This document shows positions 59,883-64,000 of a stretch of DNA of 64,000 bases, piece by piece. Source of the DNA: an uncultured Rhizobium sp. (GTDB lineage: Bacteria > Pseudomonadota > Alphaproteobacteria > SMXQ01). A program made the position numbers and the translations under genes. The notes under the pieces are model-generated. The model worked only from the letters and a program-made list of their open reading frames with translations, made no database searches and was not told the origin of the DNA. The stretch covers positions 150-64,149 of the forward strand of contig CAZVLU010000015.1 in NCBI GenBank assembly GCA_964628235.1. Direction: 5' to 3'. The first letter of the stretch is position 1. Each line of letters opens with the position of its first letter.

Positions 59883-61225
59883 TGTTCGACAAGGTCCTCA
59901 TCGCCAACCGCGGCGAAATCGCGCTCCGCATCCATCGCGCTTGCCGCGAGATGGGCATTTCCACCGTCGCCGTCCATTCGACCGCCGACGCCGACGCCAT
60001 GCATGTCCGCCTGGCCGACGAAAGCGTCTGCATCGGCCCACCGGCGGCGAAGGATAGCTACTTGAGCATGCCGGCGATCTTGTCGGCGGCGATCATCACC
60101 AACGCCGACGCCATACATCCGGGCTACGGCTTGCTGTCGGAGAACGCCACCTTCGCGGCCATGGTCGCAGAGCACGGTTTCACCTTCATCGGCCCGTCGT
60201 CGGAACATATCCGCATGATGGGCGACAAGATCGTCGCCAAGGAAACCATGATCGCGGCCGGCGTGCCCTGCGTGCCCGGCTCCGAAGGCTCGCTCGAAGA
60301 CGAAGCGACCGTGCGCGCCACCGCCAAGCGCATCGGCTATCCGGTGCTGATCAAGGCGTCGGGCGGCGGCGGCGGACGCGGCATGAAAGTGGCCGAAGAC
60401 GAGTCGCAAGTCGTCGAAGCCTACTTGAACGCCCGCGCCGAGGCCAAGGCCGCCTTCGGCAACGACCAAGTCTATATGGAGAAGTACCTGTCGCATCCGC
60501 GCCATATCGAGGTGCAAATCCTCGGCGACGCGCATGGCAACGTGGTGCATCTCGGCGAGCGCGACTGCTCCTTGCAGCGCCGCCACCAGAAGCTGCTCGA
60601 AGAGGCGCCCTCGCCGGCGCTCAACCCGGAAGCGCGCGAGCGCATCGGCAAGATCGCCGTCAACGCCATCCGCAAGCTCGGCTATCTCGGCGCCGGCACG
60701 CTGGAATTCCTCTATCAGGACGGCGAGTTCTACTTCATCGAGATGAATACCCGCCTGCAGGTCGAGCATCCGATCAGCGAGATGATCAGCGGCGTCGACA
60801 TCGTGCGCGAGCAGTTGCGCATCGCCGCCGGCAACCCGCTCAGCTTCAAGCAAGACGACATCAAGTTCAGCGGCCACGCCATCGAATGCCGCATCAACGC
60901 CGAAACGTCGGACACTTTCACGCCGGCGCCCGGCAAGGTGCGCGACTACCATCCGCCGGGCGGCCTCGGCGTGCGCGTCGATTCGGCGCTCTATGCCGGC
61001 TACACCGTGCCGCCCTACTACGACAGCTTGATCTCCAAGCTGATCGTGCATGGCGCGACGCGCAACGAATGCCTGATGCGCCTGCGCCGCTCGCTCGAGG
61101 AATATGTCATCGCCGGCGTCGACACGACCATTCCGCTGCATCGCCGCCTGGTGAACGCGCCGGACTTCGTCAACGGCGAGTACGACATCCATTGGCTCGA
61201 GCGGTTTGTCGGCCTGAAAAAGTAG
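59882..61225 (+). CDS. accC: Acetyl-CoA carboxylase biotin carboxylase subunit
   Basis: ATP-grasp motifs ([17 protein letters not shown]). 447 aa from ATG 59882, overlapping the accB stop. Confidence 0.95.
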   Translation: MFDKVLIANRGEIALRIHRACREMGISTVAVHSTADADAMHVRLADESVCIGPPAAKDSYLSMPAILSAAIITNADAIHPGYGLLSENATFAAMVAEHGFTFIGPSSEHIRMMGDKIVAKETMIAAGVPCVPGSEGSLEDEATVRATAKRIGYPVLIKASGGGGGRGMKVAEDESQVVEAYLNARAEAKAAFGNDQVYMEKYLSHPRHIEVQILGDAHGNVVHLGERDCSLQRRHQKLLEEAPSPALNPEARERIGKIAVNAIRKLGYLGAGTLEFLYQDGEFYFIEMNTRLQVEHPISEMISGVDIVREQLRIAAGNPLSFKQDDIKFSGHAIECRINAETSDTFTPAPGKVRDYHPPGGLGVRVDSALYAGYTVPPYYDSLISKLIVHGATRNECLMRLRRSLEEYVIAGVDTTIPLHRRLVNAPDFVNGEYDIHWLERFVGLKK

Positions 61226-61285
61226 CGGCCCAAAGAAGTAACGGGGCGAACAAGGCGGTCTTATTCCATGGGCAGGACGGGATAG

Positions 61286-61957
61286 ATGAGCGCGCGGGAC
61301 GGACAGATGTCGGAGCTGACGCCGGACATCCTGATCCGGACCTACGCCGCGGGCATTTTCCCGATGGCGGAAAGCGCCGACGACCCGACGCTGTTTTGGG
61401 TCGATCCCGACAAGCGCGGCGTGCTGCCGCTCGACGGCTTCCGCATCTCGCGCAAGCTGCAGAAGACGCTGCGGCGCAATCCTTTCGAGATCCGCTGCGA
61501 CACCGCCTACGAGGCGGTGATCCGCGCCTGCGGCGCCCAGCGGCCGGAGCGGCCGAAAACCTGGATCAACAGCGAGATCATCCGGCTTTATTCCGGGCTA
61601 TTCGCCATGGGCCACGCCCATTCGGTCGAAACTTGGCATGACGGCCGCATGGTCGGCGGGCTCTACGGCGTGTCGATTGCCGGGGCGTTCTTCGGCGAGA
61701 GCATGTTCAGCATCGAGACCGACACCAGCAAGATCGCCCTCTGCCACCTCATCGCGCGGCTGCGGCGTGGCGGCTACAAGCTGCTCGATACGCAATTCAC
61801 CACGAGCCATCTGATCGGCTTCGGCGCCATCGAGATCGAGCGCGCCGATTACCGCCGCCAACTGACGGCAGCGCTGCAAGCGCCGGCGAACTTCTATCTG
61901 GGGCCGCTGGAGCCGTCGGATTTGACATTCAGGCAGTCTTTGACCCAAACGTCATAG
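61286..61957 (+). CDS. aat: Leucyl/phenylalanyl-tRNA--protein transferase
   Basis: AAGIFPM ... WxNxEI ... GESMFS motifs of the Aat family. Exact start (61286 or 61307) uncertain. Confidence 0.85.
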   Translation: MSARDGQMSELTPDILIRTYAAGIFPMAESADDPTLFWVDPDKRGVLPLDGFRISRKLQKTLRRNPFEIRCDTAYEAVIRACGAQRPERPKTWINSEIIRLYSGLFAMGHAHSVETWHDGRMVGGLYGVSIAGAFFGESMFSIETDTSKIALCHLIARLRRGGYKLLDTQFTTSHLIGFGAIEIERADYRRQLTAALQAPANFYLGPLEPSDLTFRQSLTQTS

Positions 61958-62292
61958 ACCGGATGATCGAGCGCCGATAGCGCCGGCGACGAGGCGAACA
62001 TCCAGCCCGAGAACAGGATGCGCGGCGTCTCGTCGGGCCGCACTTCCTTGATCTCGATGAAAGCGGCGCTCTCCGGCGATTCTTCCGGCGGCGCCTTGAC
62101 GCAGCGCTTCACCTCGATATCGAGCGTACCGAAGCGCACATCGGCGCCGATCGGCGCCTCGAAGCTGGAAATGCGCGCCGTCACTTTGTCGAGGCCCTGC
62201 ATAGACGCCAAGGAGCCTTCCAAAGCGGAAGCCGGGGACACCGCAATCGCGGCGAACAGCGCCGCTAAGGCGATGTAAAAACGCTGTGCCAT
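61894..62292 (-). CDS. DUF2155-family secreted protein
   Basis: Signal peptide (ALAALFAAIAVSPASA). Conserved-hypothetical family common next to the NDUFA12-like gene in alphaproteobacteria. The 3' end overlaps aat by about 64 nt. Confidence 0.6.
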   Translation of the reverse strand: MAQRFYIALAALFAAIAVSPASALEGSLASMQGLDKVTARISSFEAPIGADVRFGTLDIEVKRCVKAPPEESPESAAFIEIKEVRPDETPRILFSGWMFASSPALSALDHPVYDVWVKDCLNVKSDGSSGPR

Positions 62293-62522
62293 CAGATTTT
62301 ACGATACGGATTTTCGAGCGCTTCGACCAGCCGCCGCAGCACGTCGCGCACCTGGGCCTCGTCGCAGCCCATCAGCACGGCGTCTTCGAACGCGTCTTGC
62401 ACCATGCCGTGAATCTCGCCGAGGTTCTCATTGAGCACCTTGATCTTTTCGGTGCAGGACACGGGCTCGCCCTCCGGCGTTGTCCACGACGGGAGGGAAA
62501 ATCCCTTGTCCTTGACGGCCAT
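62292..62522 (-). CDS. Hypothetical small protein (76 aa)
   Basis: Compact ORF between the DUF2155 gene and the MlaD-like gene, with coding-like composition. Confidence 0.4.
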   Translation of the reverse strand: MAVKDKGFSLPSWTTPEGEPVSCTEKIKVLNENLGEIHGMVQDAFEDAVLMGCDEAQVRDVLRRLVEALENPYRKI

Positions 62523-62523
62523 G

Positions 62524-63027
62524 CTAGAGCGTGCCGCCCGGCGCGCCGCCCGGCGGCGCGGCGCCCTTGTCGCCGCCCTCGCTCGGCTTCTGGTTGCTGA
62601 ACAGCAACTGGCCGATGAGCGATTCGAGATTGATCGGCGACTGGGTGAATTTGATTTCCGCGCCGGCTTCGAGCATGCGGCTGTCGGCGCCCGGCACCAA
62701 CGAGAGATATTTACCGCCGAGCAGGCCGTCGCTCACCACTTCCGCCGCCGAATCGCTCGGCAGCTTGATGCGCGGATCGACCGACAGATGCACGACCGCG
62801 AGATAGCTCTGCGGATCGATGTCCTGGCCGGTGATGGTGCCGACCTTGATGCCGCTCATTTTGACGTCGCTGCCGGTGTTCAGGCCGTCGACACGGTCGA
62901 ACTTGGCGACCAGAGAGTAGCCGCTGACCGTGCGCAGGCTGGCGTTGCTGTAAGCGAAGATGACGAAGAGGGCGGCGACCAAGAGGACGACTGCGCCCAG
63001 GACGGTTTCGATGACATTGCGGCGCAT
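62524..63027 (-). CDS. MlaD-like MCE-domain protein (outer-membrane lipid asymmetry / ABC transport periplasmic component)
   Basis: N-terminal TM anchor and MCE domain (GLNTGSDVKMSGIKVGTI). 167 aa. Confidence 0.75.
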   Translation of the reverse strand: MRRNVIETVLGAVVLLVAALFVIFAYSNASLRTVSGYSLVAKFDRVDGLNTGSDVKMSGIKVGTITGQDIDPQSYLAVVHLSVDPRIKLPSDSAAEVVSDGLLGGKYLSLVPGADSRMLEAGAEIKFTQSPINLESLIGQLLFSNQKPSEGGDKGAAPPGGAPGGTL

Positions 63028-63095
63028 GGCGCGGGCTTTCTTTCGCTATGCAGGGGAACGGGATGACGCGGGAAGCATACCGGCTCGCGTAAAGC

Positions 63096-63470
63096 CTAAG
63101 AAGGACGCCAAGGCTCGTAGTCGCCGGTCGCCGGGGCACGCTGGCCGCCAGCCAGCAAGGAGCCCGGCGGACGATAGGCATCGGGAGTGCCGGTCTGGTT
63201 CGGCAGATGCTCCTTCTGCCAGTCGTAGAGCATGGCAGCGCCTTCGGCCGGGGGCTGATCGATCGTGTAATGCAGCCAAGCATGCCACATCGGCGGCACC
63301 TTGGACGCTTCCGGCTCGCCGTCATAGAGAACCCAGCGGCGTTCCTTGGACAAGCCCGAGCCGACCTTGGCCTTAGCGCCGCTCTTGTCGCGGTAATAGC
63401 GGTTGCCGAAACGGTCCGTGCCCACCAGCTCGCCGCGGAGCCAAGTGAACAGACGGGTGCCTAGGGACAT
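63096..63470 (-). CDS. NADH:ubiquinone oxidoreductase 17.2 kDa (NDUFA12)-family protein
   Basis: LFTW...G..VG.D.FGN.YY motif characteristic of NDUFA12-like bacterial proteins. Start probably M at 63470. Confidence 0.7.
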   Translation of the reverse strand: MSLGTRLFTWLRGELVGTDRFGNRYYRDKSGAKAKVGSGLSKERRWVLYDGEPEASKVPPMWHAWLHYTIDQPPAEGAAMLYDWQKEHLPNQTGTPDAYRPPGSLLAGGQRAPATGDYEPWRPS

Positions 63471-63809
63471 CGCAAACTCCAAACTGGGGCGCGCAGGGCG
63501 GCGTAAAGCCAAGCGCCGGATGGCGCAAAAGCCTGGCCGAGCGCGGAAAATTTCGCGGCGACTATCGCATTCGCCCCTTCATTCGACAAGTCGCCACACC
63601 CAATGATGCGCAAAACTGAGTGCCATATTTGGTGTCTCTAACAAGTTGTAACACAAAATGTCGTTGACCGCCCAACATGTAGTGGCATACTCCGGATTCC
63701 ATTCCGCATGTTGCGCCAAGAGGGCTGCCGAGCGGAGGGAAAGGGACCGGTATCGGTCCGGGGGCCGAGCTTAATTCAGATCATTTTCGTCTTCGTGTTG
63801 GGGGGACCA

Positions 63810-64000
63810 TGCGTATTGCGCGTCATTTCACTAAAGCCGGCCAGTCGCCTTACGCGGACCTCAAGTTTCGCGCCGCGACCAGCGAAATCCGCAACCCCGA
63901 CGGCTCGATCGTCTTCCGTCTCGAAGGCATCGAAGTGCCTGAGGATTGGTCGCAGGTCGCTTGCGACATCATCGCTCAGAAATATTTCCGCAAGGCCGGC
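63810..64000 (+). CDS. nrdJ: Class II (adenosylcobalamin-dependent) ribonucleotide reductase, 5' end only
   Basis: N-terminus MRIARHFTKAGQSPYADLKFRAATSEIRNPDGSIVFRLEGIEVPEDWSQVACDIIAQKYFRKAG matches the conserved NrdJ N-terminus of alphaproteobacteria. Truncated by the window end. Confidence 0.85.

Noticed and set aside
63513-63809. Cobalamin riboswitch upstream of nrdJ
   Set aside because: Only a partial AGGGAA...CGGU resemblance and no properly placed GCCACUG B12 box. nrdJ is itself B12-dependent, so repression by B12 would be unexpected.

Overview
This 64 kb window is a high-GC (about 65-70 %) chromosomal segment that looks alphaproteobacterial, probably Rhizobiales. The evidence is the gene order amiC-mrcA-prfB, aroQ-accB-accC and glnE-asmA-like-tyrS-anmK, plus three TctC/Bug-type binding proteins, HemP and FnrN/FixK-type features. 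It is densely packed with about 65 genes, almost all recognisable core or housekeeping functions, one tRNA (Met, CAU), no rRNA, no CRISPR and no transposase or integrase.

The main blocks are:
- 995-7753: a small catabolic-looking cluster (ornithine-cyclodeaminase-family enzyme, TPP enzyme, CrtI-like FAD oxidoreductase) beside an FnrN-like regulator divergently paired with a bicupin, with a consensus FNR box between them.
- 8754-11619: two orphan TctC solute-binding proteins flanking an isochorismatase hydrolase.
- 16278-21556: an iron/heme acquisition locus, hemP - TonB-dependent receptor - piuC on the plus strand and tonB-exbD-exbB on the minus strand.
- 23444-28682: a sulfur-mobilisation/thiolation cluster, cysE - IscR-like Rrf2 regulator - two cysteine desulfurases - 2Fe-2S ferredoxin - mnmA.
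- Single well-supported genes: MCP, anmK, tyrS, an approximately 1070-aa AsmA-like envelope protein, glnE, a Bcp peroxiredoxin with a long lysine/alanine-rich histone-H1-like tail, prfB (with its programmed +1 frameshift site), PBP1A, amiC, RNase E with a long leader, GGT-like and BepA-like proteins, maiA, a thiS-thiG in-frame fusion, aroQ-accB-accC, aat, and the 5' end of class II ribonucleotide reductase nrdJ.

I do not see a clear-cut novel defence or mobile system. The most unusual items are the Bcp-H1 fusion, the scaffold-less desulfurase-mnmA cluster, the ThiS-ThiG fusion, and several candidate operator sites in the iron and FNR regions. Many long antisense ORFs in the ORF track are high-GC artefacts and are not called.
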